DNA of 64,000 nucleotides. Source: the human T2T-CHM13v2.0 reference genome, Homo sapiens. Made by a program: the position numbers and the translations under genes. Shown here piece after piece: positions 41,737-60,830 of this stretch. Below the pieces are notes generated by a model. The model saw only the letters and a list, made by a program, of their open reading frames with translations. It was not told the origin of the DNA and searched no databases. Each line of letters starts with the position of its first letter. Positions within the stretch are counted from its first letter, which is position 1. The stretch is taken from the NCBI RefSeq assembly GCF_009914755.1, contig NC_060931.1, one strand, 5' to 3'.

Positions 41737-41762
41737 GAAGAAAAGAAAAGAAGGAAAAAGAA
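41444..41762 (+). repeat. Alu monomer with expanded (GA)n/(GGAAA)n/(GAAA)n polypurine tail
   Basis: About 190 bp of pure purine from 41570. Confidence 0.9.
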
Positions 41763-41946
41763 ACACAACAAAAAACCCCTGATAATTGTAATACCAGCAG
41801 CCTGGCAGACCGGCTGCATTGGCATCACCCTGGACTAATTAGAAATGCCATAAAAGCTTGACCCATCCCCAGATCAGGAAGACAGATTTAAGCATTAGCC
41901 TCCTGTCTCCTTGCCAGTCTACTTGCAGTAAAGCTTTCTTAAAAAT

Positions 41947-42183
41947 GGCTGGGTGCAGTGGCTCATGCCTGCAATCCCAGCACTTTAGGAGGCTGAAGCC
42001 AGAGGATCACTTGAGCCCAGGAGTACAAGACCAGCCTGGGCAACAACATAGTGGAGGCTGAGGAGGTAGGATTCCTTGGGCCTGGGAAGTCGAGGCTACA
42101 GTGAGCAATGCTTGCACCACTGAACTCTAGCCTGGATGACAGAGTGAGATCCTGTCTCTAAAAAAATAAAAAGAAAAGAAAAA
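41947..42183 (+). mobile_element. Alu (AluJ-like, internally deleted)
   Basis: Left arm joined directly to the middle of the right arm. Confidence 0.85.
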
Positions 42184-43540
42184 TACCCAAACTTTTGCAT
42201 TTTTTAAAGGGAGGGGGATAGGGAGCGTAAGCCACTAATAGTCCAGGTCTTTGCCTGTGCACTTTCTGAAGGTTGTGGAGTCTTGGCCTGGCCTAGGTTA
42301 GAGTGGCAGGGGGCGCTGTATTTTCTCTAGCCATCACTGAAAATCAGGCTGTGTCAAGCCCCACATAGGAAAACTCTGCATTCCAGCTTGGGTAACTTTC
42401 CACTGCTTAGCAAGACCCAGAGGAAACGGGAAAGAAAATTTACTCCCTAAGGATAAGGATCCTACCTCTCTGCCAGGAATCCAGAGCTCTTCAGCTTTGC
42501 TGTGCCCACAAAGGCCCCCAAAGCAACACCTGCTCAGCCCAACAAAAGCATTACACTAACCAGAGAACAAGCTATGTAAAGATAGGTGATTATAAATTAA
42601 GTCTTATCACTATTTTCAGCTTGGCATCATTGAATGCAATAACCACACTTGAAAGGAACCATTGTCCCAGGTTTCATTATCAGTCTAGCTGGCATCTCCT
42701 CCACTGCTAATCCTCGCTCATCCAATTCCTCTTCACTGATCCTCAGGTCCACTTCTTGGTTCTGGATCAAAACAGCTCTTACTCTCTGAAGTCTCCACTA
42801 CCTGAAATAAATGATGTTAGCCCTCCCTGGCCTGCTCCACATTTCTCTTTTTTTTCTGGAAGACAGCCCAACACTAATGTTTACAGGAAACTTTTTACTC
42901 TCTGATTTTATTGTCTCCGCACTCTCCAGCATTTAGACCTTTCATGGCAACCCTTTCTTTACCTCCTATGCTGGTTTCTCTTCAGCATTCTATTTTTATA
43001 ATTGAATACATAATTATAATTGTCTCAACCAGTGCTTGGAAAGAAAGCTCTGTAGAGCTGCTTGACCTTACCTGGATAAGTCACCTGGGGTCCTGGCAGA
43101 TACCCACCAGGTCAGCACCAGGGCTCCCCCTGCAGCCTACCCAGTGCTCTGCATTTGCAGGGACACAGCCTGAGAGTAATTGTCAGCAACCCAGGCTCCC
43201 TTCATTGCCACTTCTCCCGGAGAGCCTCAGCAGTGTGACAGGAAGGGGAAACAGCACTAGAAGGGCAAGAGGATGTGCAGACTTGGGAAAGGGATGGCTG
43301 CAGCGAGTGCTCTGAAATCCCAGTTCCCCTCCGGCACTGGATCTCCGGACACCCCCACCCTGCACTGTGTGCCTGACTTTCTTTACGGATGGAACTGAAA
43401 AGATAGGCTCTGGAACCCAACATGGTTAGATTCTCTGGGTGTTGGAGGAAGCTGGGTCTGAGAATGGAATGCTTCTTCTCTTGAAAAAATGAGGAATTTA
43501 TTTTAAAACAACTGATGAAAAGATCAATCAAATTATCTAA

Positions 43541-46026
<2,486 letters not shown>

Positions 46027-46199
46027 CAGAGTTTACATATCTTGAGTTCTGGCAGAGCCCCACATGAGAGAGAAGACATGGCAAGAGAAATTTATCAACC
46101 CACAGAAATACCAAACAACTCAAACAAGAAATGGCAGCTTGCCTCTCTCCCCATGTTTCTTCTGGCCAAAACTGGGCTGGAGTTGCCCCAAGCATCACA

Positions 46200-46637
46200 G
46201 AGGAGAATTCCCACAAGGGAGAGCCCAAGCCATCCTGAGATGGGGCTGGTTGGGATTCCAAAGAAAGAAGCACTAAATGCCAGGATGATGAGTCCAACGC
46301 AGCTATTAGGGGGAACTTATATACAGAGTGGCCTGCAGCAATGCTTGCGGTGGACAGTGAGAGAAAAGGGAAGGTCTACCTAGGTATGTCCACAGCGAGG
46401 GTGTCAGGGTATGGAGTCTATATGAGGAATTTGGCTCAGGGCTGGGGCCGGTTTCTTTCAGTGTTTTGGGCAACAACCTAGATACCTTTATTAGTACCTG
46501 GGAATGTTCAAGGCCCCAGGCTGGGTTCAAGCCTGCTGGGGAAAACCTGTAGCTCGCTGGATCACAGAGTAGTCAAGGCACTCTGTGATTTTTGGTCTGG
46601 ACACAGAAAGAAAGTGGGGGTAACTAGGGGACCCAGC
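46200..46637 (-). mobile_element. ERVL-type LTR (MER54/73/74-like); boundaries approximate
   Basis: Reverse of tg..ggtcccc-agtt-cccc-ctttctttctgtgtcc-gaccaaaaatcacagagtgccttgac. Confidence 0.6.
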
Positions 46638-47115
46638 AACTCAGATGCTTGGATTTCTCTGAACTGAAGAGTGAGACTCCCTGAGCTCTGATCTGGTTAG
46701 CGAGGCAATAGTTAGCGGCAAAATAGAGGAATTAAGGTCCCAGAGTGAGTCCTGCCTCCTAGTTCTTTCTCTCCCAATCCAGTCTCATTTTTTAGAAGAC
46801 ATTACAGCTGTAATCTTAAAAATTCATGGAGTAGGAGACAAAGGGAGAAAGTTTGAAGTAGGAAGAAGGAGCATGTGGGAGGGGAAGGGAGAAAAAGAAA
46901 GCACAGGAAACTCCCTTTTCTGGACTTCTGGCTTCTTCTGTCCTGCCTATCCAGAGAGAGTGGGAAGACACCATTGTCAAGTGTGTGGAGGGAAGGACAT
47001 TGCCCAGAGAAACTGAGAGTTAGGCCAAACTCCGCTGCTTCTTTTTGCTGTGAAACCTTAGCTTTCCATGAATAAACTAACCCTAGTTCATCCTTTTCTT
47101 TTCATCAAAGGGAAT

Positions 47116-47335
47116 TGTGTTCTTTTGCTATACAGCTGCCTAACAAAGTACTACAAACTGAGTGACTTAGACTACATAAATTTATATTGCCTCACAGTTC
47201 TGGGGGCTAAAAGCCTGAGATCCAGATGTTGGCAGGGCCATGCTTCCTCTGAAGGCACCAGGGAAGGATCTGCTCCAGGCCTTTCTACTAGCTTCTGGTA
47301 GTTCCTTGGCTTGCGTCAGCATAACTGAAATCATC

Positions 47336-47373
<38 letters not shown>

Positions 47374-47939
47374 CTCTTCACTGTGTCTCTGCATTCTTTT
47401 CCTAAGGACACCAATTGTATTACTCTGTTTTCATGCTGCTGATAAAGACATACCTGAGACTGGGTAATTTATGAAGAAAAAGAGGCTTAATGGACTCACA
47501 GTTCCACATGGCTGGGGAAGCTTCACAATCATGGCAGAAGACAAAAGGCACGTCTTACATGGCTGCAGACAAGAGAGAATGAGAGCCAAGTGAAAGGGGT
47601 TTCCCCTTATAAAACCATCAGATTTCATGGTACTTATTCCCTACCACAGGAACAGTGTGGGAAAAACCGCCCCCATCATTCAGTTGTCTCCCACTGGGTC
47701 CCTCTCACAAGCACGTGGGAATTATGGGAGCTACAATTCAAAATGAGATTTGGGTGGGGACACAGCCAAACCATATCACCAGTCATGTTGGATTAGGTCT
47801 CATCCTATGCCAGTATGCCCTCATCTTAACTAATTACACCTGCAATGACCCTATCTCCAAATACAGTTACATTATGAAGTACTGTGAGGTGAGGACTTCA
47901 ACATGTGAATTTTGGGAAGACACAATTTAACCCATAACA
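47116..47939 (-). mobile_element. MLT1-type MaLR LTR interrupted by THE1
   Basis: ctcacagttctgg...gttggcagggccatgct...tctgaagg and tttgggaagacacaatttaacccataaca motifs. Confidence 0.8.
47416..47778 (-). mobile_element. THE1 MaLR solo LTR
   Basis: tgtatta...gacacagccaaaccatatca termini; 5-bp TSD ccaat/ccagt. Confidence 0.88.
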
Positions 47940-48972
47940 GAAATGATTCCATTGTTTTAATTAGCACCTCTCTTACAGTAATCCCTTAGCACTGAGGCCC
48001 GGAGAGAGATTGCCAGGCCCCTTCTAAACCACATCCCCAAGAACCAAGCATCTTCTGTTCTGTTCTTTCCTTCCTGGTCCCAAAGATGAGGTCCTACCCT
48101 GTTTCCTAGGCAAGGACTGTAGAGTGAGTGCCCAGCAAGGCAATAATTCTCCTGGTTCTCACCAACATGCCATTTATCCTTTCACCCTCACCACAAGCAC
48201 TTATTTGGGGGCTGCTCCATGGGGCAGACATGGGGTCAACACCACTTTCTACAGTCATCATATTCTTGGTGGTGCTTTTAGATTTCAGTTTAGATTCATC
48301 CTCTTTCCCTGAAAGTTCTAGGCCTCAAGGTGAGGAGAAGACCAGGAGCTGTTCAGAGTCTATCTGACCAACACAGTCTTCAAGTTACTTCCTGCCTCCT
48401 GAAGATACCTGACCATAGGACCAGGATGTATGGGGTAGAGGAAGAGGCCAGAGCACTGGGTATGCATGCCAGCAAGGCTTCTGCTGGGCAGCCCGAGGGC
48501 AGCATTTGGCCTCTAGCATTTGACCTAGAGGGAAGAGACCTCTAAAAGGGGGCAAAGGCTCTGATAATGAGTATAGGGTTGAGACAATCAAGGACTATGA
48601 AAGCAAATCCCCTTCTTAAAAAGCATTCATAGGGCTTCTGAAATTTCTCAGATATTGTCATCTCTATCTTAACCCAAGAAGAAGGTTAGAGTAGACTGGA
48701 CTCCCTCTAATCTCTAAATTGTAGGAACAGAAATTTTCTTGGAAGATAAAGGACAAACAAGTTGGATAAAAGGGAAAAAATTTACCCAAGGTGCTGAATA
48801 AAAGTTTCCGTAGGAGGAACATAGAGAATTGCCACAGTGACTTGAAGCAATGACTCATCCAGCCTGATGGAGAAAACAAAGATGGGTGGGCAAGAGGCCT
48901 TGTGGGATAAGAAAAAATGGGCATATGTGGTGAATATTATGAAACGAAGAGGTCTTTGGCAATGCCCCAGGC

Positions 48973-48975
<3 letters not shown>

Positions 48976-49021
<46 letters not shown>
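48976..49021. repeat. (TG)n microsatellite; others at 21679-21712, 24233-24259 and 47338-47371
   Basis: Directly visible. Confidence 0.95.
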
Positions 49022-51028
49022 GAGGGGGGTGCAGTGGATGGTCTCTAAGAGACTTCCAAAAACAATGACTCATGTATAGTTTAACTGGTAGAAGGACTAT
49101 GAGCTTGAATTTAGGAGTCAAATAAAGTGGGTTGGAATCTTGACCTCCTGAGCCTCAGTATTATTGTCTTCATAATGGAAACATGTCTTCTATGAGATAG
49201 TTACAGTAATTTCATGAGATAATATGATTATATATATAAAATATCTAGTAATGTGCCTGTCCCATTGTAGAGATTGAATAAATGGTAGTTTTTATAATTT
49301 ACTGAAGCACCAATAGAAGGCAACAAGAGAATTCTTAGCTATCAAAAATCACAAGCATAGGGTTTATACAGGTACACTGAAATAGTGCACAGCAAAACAA
49401 GGCTAAGCAAAAAACTCAAATAGCAAAAAGTCTTTTGCTGCTTTTCTAGGCTGCTGTTTTATGGTCACATGGGATTCACGCCTATTCATTCTTCTCACCT
49501 AGGTGAATTCTATCTGGAGGCTAGAACAGTATAACCATCAATCATGCTGTCACTGAAGAGAAGCAATTTGCTGTCCTTCCAGGGTGCACTTTGGATTGTT
49601 TTGGCCAGTAGACAGGGCTGGTTGGACCAAGGCCTGCAGTGTAGCAGTGACACTATTCCCCAAATGAGTGATTAAAACTGAGTTTTGGGGCTTTTCTCTA
49701 GCATTATACAATCAGCACTCCCTCCTTCCCCTCTGGGGAATTGACCCTGAGAAATGCCCTCCCTCTCTTTGGAGGCTCGGGGTGGGAGGGACGTGAGGGC
49801 CTCTGTGAGCACCCAAGCAGTTCAGGGCCACCTTTTGGGGAAAAGTTCAACAGTGCCACCTACTTTCTAACCAATTACAATCTTTTTTGTGAGCATTGAT
49901 TATGCTCCCACTATGTTCTGACTACTTTTCTCTCTCTTGCTTTTCCTGGTCCCAGAAAGTTTTTACATTGATATGAGATGCAGGCTGAAAATCTTTAAGG
50001 AAAATTATGTATTAAGGTGGAATATATTTTTGTGGGGTACTGTTTAGTTATAATTTGTTTATTTTTAGTTTGGGGGAAGAGACAAAGCCATTTAACAACA
50101 TGGAGAAGGCATACGCAAGAAATCAGATGAATAGGAGGAAAAGAGAAAGAAGAAGGGAAGTGAATGACTAGTGGAGTCTGTGTACCTATAAACATTAGGG
50201 TAATTAAACAGATTTTCCCATTTGTCTGTCCTGGCTAGGAAGATGAAATTGGTCTCACATCTTAGGAAACAGCAAGCTAGAAATCTAACTTCCTTGAAAT
50301 TCCATGAGTAGCAACCCCCAGGAAGAGAAACCATTCTAATCCTTCCAGGGGAACTCAAATACCAAGATGGAAATGTTTAAAGTTATAGTTAAAATGAATG
50401 AACATCCTTGTGTTTGCTCCTGAATCTAGGGATCCAGAGTTCAGAAGAGGCATTCCTCTTAATCACCTTGTCCTGGCTACAAGGGCCAGATGGGTGAGGA
50501 AGGTTTATATTTGTTTGACCATCACGGAGAAAGAGGTGGAGAGCCACAGCTTCAAGTGGAGCTTGGTCTGGAGGAGAGGTCTGGGCTGGGGAGATTGTAG
50601 TGAGTAGACAACAGAAGTATTTCAGACCTCTTCTGTAGAAGTTGGGTCCCAAATGACTTAGTCGAATTAGGCTGCTTGAAGAATACAGAGTTTGAATCTT
50701 CTAGGTCCTTAGGATTTTGATTTTATCATTTGATTTGTAATTAAGAACTTCTAAGCTCTAGGAGGAGGAGAATATTTGAGGGTCAGATGCTTTCTTTCTC
50801 TCCTGCCTCATTTTGGATTAGAATAGGACATAAATGGCTACAGTCCCAGAAGATGACTTTAGGGAAGACAAACAAAATGATGTTACAGTATCTCTTGGAA
50901 TTATTGCTATTAATGTGAAAGGCAAAATAATAAAGCTCCTAGAAGATATAAGAAAATATCTTTATGACCATATGCCAGATACATGTATTCTAAAATGCTC
51001 AACCCTGATTAGAAATCAGGGAAATGCA

Positions 51029-51668
<640 letters not shown>

Positions 51669-52603
51669 GCAATTCACTGTGAACACTAGAAACATTACCC
51701 AGCAAACCAACAGTATGTTAAACTCTGCTTCTGTCTCTAAAAATTCTGTTAGGTTATTTCTAATGTACACATGTCCTATCACTATGTTGTAATGGGTATG
51801 CAAAACTGTTTTGTGTCCTGGCTTTTTATATTGCACTTGATTTACATAAATGTAGCTTACATACATGTCATTTAAATAGTCACCTAGTATTTCATTGTGT
51901 TTATATACCATAAGTTTTCTTAGCTATTTTCATGTCTTTGGGGCTTTGAGTGGTTTCAAATTCTCAAGATCATCATCATGTCACTAACCTTATTAAGAAC
52001 TCCCTAGATCCCAGGCACTCTAAGTAGAACTTTTCATTCATTATTTCATCCATATTGGAGACCAACCCTGTGAGACAGGCACTATTTTTATTCCCATTTT
52101 ACAGATGAGGAAACTGAGATTTGGAGAGATGAAGTAACCTGCAAGTTTCACAAAGAACTGTCACAAACAATTCTTACCCTGACAAACACATTCCATTGTC
52201 CTTACTCTCAACCCCTATGTCATAACACTTGCTTTGAACTCCTCTGTTCTTCCCTGGTAATTTTGTTTTTTGCCTTAGAGTTCCCGAAGTGGAATTGCCA
52301 GGTCAAAAGTCTTGAACGATTTTTGAAGGCTCTTATGCATATTCCAGTTTCTTCTCCAGCTACTCTGAACCAATTCGCAATGACATCAGGAAGGTTTATG
52401 TGAAGGCTCAGAGTCATGTCAAGCGTAGGAAACCCAACTTTAGGGTCTCTCTGTACAACTTCCCTCTCACTAAGATGGTGTGTGCTGGTGAATGCCTAAA
52501 TATTACCCTCTCCATTTGACCCTCTTAGAATATTTTAGAAGATCTTGTTTTCCCTTTATTACATGTTTTGTTTGACTGTCAGTACCTAGTAAGAGAGAAT
52601 TAG

Positions 52604-52910
<307 letters not shown>

Positions 52911-53094
52911 TGACCCTTTTATTTTTAAGCAGAGTTTTTGCTTTTATAGTGATTGCTGTTTCTTACCACAGAATCTTTCACTGAATCACAATTCAGCAAA
53001 TTCCTGTAGGTTTTATGTGAACTTTTGTAAGAAATAGCCACATTTCACATTTCTGCACCTCTTACAAACCTCTGTTAAAAAACATTGCCCATTG

Positions 53095-54278
53095 GAGCTA
53101 TCATCTCATCCCCGTTAAAATGGCTTTTATCTGAAAGACAGGCAATAACAAATGCTGGCAAAGATGTGAAGAAAATGGAACCTGTACACGCTGTTGATGG
53201 GAATATAAATTAGTACAACCACCGTGGAGGACAGTATGGAGATTCCTCGAAAAATTAAAAATAGGCTGAGTATGGTGGCCCACGCCTGCAATCCCAGCAC
53301 TTTGGGAGGCTGAGAAAGGAGGTTCATTTCTGAGTCAAGGAGTTTGAGACTAGCTTGGGCAACACAGTGAGACCTCATCTCTACAAAATAAAAATTAAGT
53401 TAAAAAATTAGTTGATTGTGGTGGTGCATACCTGTAGTCCCAGCTACTGGGGCGGCTAAGGCAGGAGGATCACTTGAGCCCAAGGGTTCTAGGCTGCAGT
53501 GAGCCATGGTTGTTCCACTGCACTCCAGCTTGGGTGATAGAGCAAGACCCTGTATCAGTAACCACAACAACAAAAATTAAAATAGAGCTACCATATGATC
53601 CAGCAATCTTGCTGCTAGATATATACCCAAAATAAAGGAAATCAGTCTATGAAAGAGATAGATGCACTCTCATGTTTACTGCAGCACTATTCACAATAGC
53701 CAAGATTTGGAAGCAACCTAAGTGTCCATTGATAGATGAATGGATAAAGAAACTGTGGTACATATACACAGTGGAGTACTGTTCAGCCATAAAAAAGAAT
53801 GAGATCCTGTCATTTGCAACAACATGGATGGAGCTGGAGGACATTATGGTAAGTAAAATAGCCAGGCACAGAAAGACAAACTTCACATGTTCTCACTTAA
53901 TTGCGGGAGCTAAAAATTGAACTCCCAGAGACAGAATGATAGTTACCAGAGGCTGGGAAGGGTAGTGGCATGGGGGATTGGAAGAGGTGGGGATGGTTAA
54001 GGGTACAAAAACATAGTTAGATAGAATGAATAGGAGCTAGTATTTGATAGCACAACAGGGTGAGTACAGTAAACAAGAATTTATTGTACATTTAAAAACA
54101 ACTAATTATAATTGGAATGTTTGCAACACAAAGAAATGATCAGTGTTTGAAGTGATGGATACCCCATTTACCCTGATGTGATTACTACACTTGTACGCCT
54201 CTATCAAAGTATCACACATACCCCATAAATACATTTACCTATTATGTACCCATAAAAATTAAAATTTGAGAAAAAACC
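53095..54278 (+). mobile_element. 5'-truncated L1 (L1MA-type) with nested Alu (~53264-53575) and an intact 18-bp TSD
   Basis: ORF2 C-terminus (MFTAALFTIAKIWKQPKCP...WYIYTVEY); TSD aaaaaacattgcccattg at 53077-53094 and 54279-54296; tt|aaaa endonuclease site. Confidence 0.92.
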
Positions 54279-54649
54279 AAAAAACATTGCCCATTGTATT
54301 ACTCATTGTTCTTTAAATAAAGAGTCATGTAATGAAAGTCTTCTAGAAATCAGTGTCAAGGGAAATGTTTGTCTCTTCCCATTAAATAATATGTTTACTT
54401 GGATCAGACAGTGAGAATTATATAACCTTAATGTGTCTTCTTTGTTTTTGCCTTGGTTACAAGTACTTCTAATTCAAATTTAAAGTTTAACCATTATAAT
54501 GATCTCATCCTGAGTTTCTGATATTAGAATGTGAGCTCCCAGAATGCAGAGATTTTGTCCATTTTTGTTCCCTGTTCTAGGGACAGAGCTCCAGGCAGAG
54601 GGAAACAGCTCAAAGGCTCTGTATTGAGAGCTAAAAAAAAAAAAAAGTA

Positions 54650-55300
<651 letters not shown>

Positions 55301-56158
55301 TGTAAACATTACATAACTCATTGGTAGTTTAGCCTGTTTCAATTGCTCATAAAGCAACATCTTATCCTCTGAAGCACTCTTAAGAGAGCAAACTCTATTA
55401 ACTGCTCTCCACTGAACAACAGAGTATGGTATAAATAGCAAATATACTTTGATGTTTCACAAAATCATTTTATATTGGAATTTATGCCACTCTCAAATGC
55501 ATGAAACAAAGACTTGGAGTAAAGAGGAAAGAGATGATTTTCCACTTTTTGGTATCTGTGGTATTTGTGTGGAATGTGGCTGAAAGAGATCATTATTCTA
55601 TCTGAAATAGTTATCCTTCGGGAGAATTAATATGGAGGAGAGCCAGAAAAAGGCACCTGAAAAAAATGCAAGGACCATCCTGAAATCCACCCTGAGTTGA
55701 CTGTGCCCCTTCAGCTGCCACCTGAACCCTGGCCTCTTGCCTCAGCTCCTGTCCCTATCCTCTGACTCCCAGCAATGACAAATCTGTCTTGGTGGTGGTA
55801 GCTCCACCCTCAGCATTCCAGTTATCCTGTCTCTATTCACAGGCCCTGGGGCCCATTCTCTCACTTCTGGCCTTCCCCTGCACTCCTGACCCTTACCATT
55901 CATCCAGATCCTAACCTCTTTCTTTGCTTCATCTTCATTGCTCTGGTCCCTAAGCTCTGACAGCTGACAGCAGTTGTCCTAGTGGGGACGATGCCCACCC
56001 AGTCCAGAGGTCTGGCTTCGGTCTGGATCCACTCCTGGTGATTCCAGGGCCTGCCTTCCCTGGAAAGGGCCTCATCTTCAGTCTGGGGGTCACTGATTCT
56101 ATAGAAATTCATCCTGTCTTCTGATTCCCAAGTCCTCCCACTTTATTTAGAAGATTGA

Positions 56159-56573
<415 letters not shown>

Positions 56574-57691
56574 TGAGAACTGTTTTGCTATTAGAACTCC
56601 TGTTAGTAGATGGGAGAGCTGCCACCAGCCTCAGTCTTTGGATGATTATGTGAGGAAAGTCACCATCCTGGGCTGTTGTGTGAGAAAGAAATACACCTTT
56701 GTATTATCTAGGTCACTGAATAATTAGTTCTTTTGTTCCCACAGCCGGCCTCCCTTATCTAATATACAGGAGCAGGCTATAGTTAAGGCATGTGTGGGCA
56801 CTGGAAGAGGTGCAGACACATTCTATTGTTGGCAGAAGTTAAATAATATTTATGATTCCATGAACTATACTATGTTGGGATCCATCCAATGATAGTAACC
56901 CCCACTAAGATCCCTAACTTTCACCCTAACTATACCTGACACTCTTAGGTTCAATTTCCAGAAATCACAAAGGATATATAACAGATATAAGGAATGCAAA
57001 GAGAAGGTAAATAAGTCATCTCAGACATTCAAACAGACTGAATACTTCAATTTAGTTCAAAATACAATTATTGAGTGCTTATTCTTTACAAGGCAGTGCC
57101 AGGCCTATGGAGAACACACAAGTTAACAAGATTCATAGGAGCTTATTGCCAAAAAGTTTACTGGTCAGTTCAACTGTTACACAAACAACTATGACACGAG
57201 GAGAGTGCAGTGCACACCACCAGAAAGGCATTATCCAAAATGTCTGGGGATAAAGGGGAAGGAAGAGTCACTTCTGATTGGAGGCCTCTCAGATAACTTT
57301 ATGGGAAAAGCTGTGTCTGAACTGAGCCGTAGAACGGCATTCCAAGTGGAGGGAATTGGGTGTAGGCAAAAAACCAGGGACAGAAAGCTCTAGGTGTATT
57401 TGGGGTGAGATTTTTAGTGTGGCTATTGCTGCTGGAGCCACAGTAAGCAAGAGAGGGCAATGTACACAGGGTTATGTCCTTCAGTGGACAGGAGGCCTTT
57501 CTGCAGGCACAAGATAGCAGAGAAGTGGAGGAAGCCGGTGGTCCCGGGCCTGCACGTTCCCCGAGGCAGGCCTTTAGTACTGGGAGCCCTGGACCAGAGA
57601 CAGCAATCATGAAACACACGCTTACTGCTTTTGGCTTTTTGGTTCTGGAGAGAATGAGGGGCCAGGATTCTGTCTTGAAAGAGAGAATGGA

Positions 57692-58076
<385 letters not shown>

Positions 58077-58426
58077 TCAGGCCACCCTAATACCCATTTC
58101 TGATTCCCTCTCTCGTCAATCAAAATGCCTTCCCAGCCTCCCCTGCAGCAAGGAGAGGCCTTAGGCCTTAGGATGGGCACTTCTGGGAAAACTTGCTCTC
58201 CTGATAAAAATGAGCAGACGTTTCTGGCATTGGTCTTTTCCCTCTTCTTTTTGTTGCCTCCTTCTCCTCTTCCTCCTCCTTTTCCTTCTTGTTCCAGTGT
58301 CTGGAGCTGAAGCAGCTATTTTGCAACTACAAAGGAAAAGCCAAGGAAATTGCTGAGATGCCTGCACTGAGATGGTTGAACTTTTAAACAAATACCTCCA
58401 GCTTCTTGATCTGTAAGAGAAAAATG

Positions 58427-58765
58427 TATAGTAGTGCTCACTGTAATCCGCAGTTTTGCTTTCTGCAGTTTCAGTTACCCACAGTCAATTGTGGTTCAAA
58501 AACATTGAGATATTTTCAGAGAGTAAGAGAGAATCATTCATATAACATTTATTATAGTATATTGTATAATTGTTCTGTTTTCTTATTAGTTATTATTGTT
58601 AATCTCTTACTGTGCCTAATTTATAAATTAAACATACATAGTTATGTATATATGCATAGAAAAAAACAATATATATCTGCAATTACTGCAGTACTATCTG
58701 CAGTTTCAGGCATCTGCTGGGGGTCTTGGAACATATACCTTTCAGATAAGGGGGGACTTCTGTAT
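58427..58765 (+). mobile_element. Tigger-derived MITE (MER44-like) inside an MLT1 remnant
   Basis: ta-tagtagt...ggggggacttctg-ta inverted ends; tttctgcagtttcagttaccc motif. Confidence 0.7.
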
Positions 58766-59975
58766 GTTTATGCCATGGTTAATCTAGTTTGCTGTTACTT
58801 GCTGAAACTTTAACTCTGAGTTTGCTGACTTTAGGACCGACTTCAGGATTCTGGGGAGAGAAAGGAATCTTCATAATATCTTGATCATCTCAGTTTACAG
58901 AGTCTCAGAACAACATGCTACCTTATAATAAAAGTGGTACAATTGCATAAAGTTTTTTTATGCCTTTTTTCTTAGAAATTTGTGTAGCAAGCAAGGTTGG
59001 GAGTGATAGAACGTGACAGTGGCCAAAGCCAACAGCTGCAGCAGGAGCGAATTAATATACAATTATCTAAGACTACTGAGAACCCAGAGGCATTGATTAA
59101 TGACATTTGGGAGAATAGAATGAAGTTTGGCCTTGCCATTAAATGACAACAGGACAGGGTACAAAGTTGATCCACTAACTAAAAGTTTTGTAATTGTTAC
59201 CCAATCATAGACTTATATAAATGAGGATTACACTTTTGTAAGTCCTTTACATTGAGTTATTATATAGATAGGGCAAATTGGGAAGAGCGCATTATTATCC
59301 TTATGTTCAAATAATTTTTTTCTACTATGAGGTTTGAGAAATAATGTCTAAGCCTAAAGCATAGGATTTTTTTTCTTTTTTCTTAACAGTATGTGTGCAT
59401 TCCACTTTTAATGTTACAAACTAAACTTTTTTGTTGTTTCTTAAAACTTTTTTTAAATGATGGGTTATGCTATTACTCATTTTAACCAAGTTTGGGCTAC
59501 ACAAAGCATACAGAAATATTTTTTAAACCTACATAGAAGATTATGGTAACAGATATGACAGCAATATTCAAATTTAATCACCTAATCTGATGCTATGCAA
59601 TAGTCACTAGCCATATGTGTTACATTGATTAAAATCAAATAACATTAAAAATCTACTTCCTCAGTTGCACTAGCCACATTTCAAGGGCTCATTAGCTGGT
59701 GGCTACTGTGTTGGACAGAGCACATATATGGCATTTTCGTCATTGCAGAAAGTTCTTTTAGATAGCACTGGTTTAGACAAGTTGGGTTTGTGAGGCTTTT
59801 CTTTTAAAAAAATATACAGTGTATCTTGACTCCATCCTTATTAGTTGTTGACCTAGAGTTGGCTGGTCACCTTTTCTAAGCAGTAAAGTCCTCCTTTGTG
59901 GAAAGAGATTATATCTACTTCATAGGGTTGTTCTTAAAAGAAAAAAAAAAGGAGGAGGGTGAAAGGAGAAGCTGA

Positions 59976-60340
<365 letters not shown>

Positions 60341-60574
60341 GAAAATTGCATTTTAGAAAGAACATCAGGTTGGCAGTATGGGGAATGGGTTGAAGCTGGA
60401 GGTGGGCTGGGAAGAATGGAGGCAGAAAGTTATTCCACGGTGTTGAGTTTTCTCCTGTTTTCCCAAAGGAAACTTACTGGAGAGTTGAAAACTCTTTCTT
60501 TGCTCAGCTTCTGAATTCTACAGGTACAGGCCCAGGATGAGAGGAACATGCTTGGATATCTTGGAAGCAGGCTA

Positions 60575-60830
60575 GTCAAATAGCTCAGAGAAGACTATTT
60601 ATGGTAGAAAGTTCTAGGTTCAAATCTTGACTCCATCCTTATTAGCTGTTGACCTAGATTTGGTTCATCACCTTTTCTAAGCACTAATGTCCTCCTTTGT
60701 GGAAAGAGATTGACTATATCTACTTCATAGGATTGTCTTAAGGGTTAAATTATGTAATGTAGGTAAAAGCATGTAGCACAGAGTCTGTTTAGTGCATATG
60801 TTTAGTGCTCAATATATTCAGGCCATTATT
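60575..60830 (+). mobile_element. MIR SINE
   Basis: ggttcaaatcttgactcc...tagctgt-gacc...ctacttcatagg-ttgt...gtaaaagcat-tagcacag core. Confidence 0.75.

Noticed and set aside
41388-41828. Phe/Leu/Ser-rich and Lys/Glu/Arg-rich ORFs
   Set aside because: Translation of the GAAA/GA microsatellite
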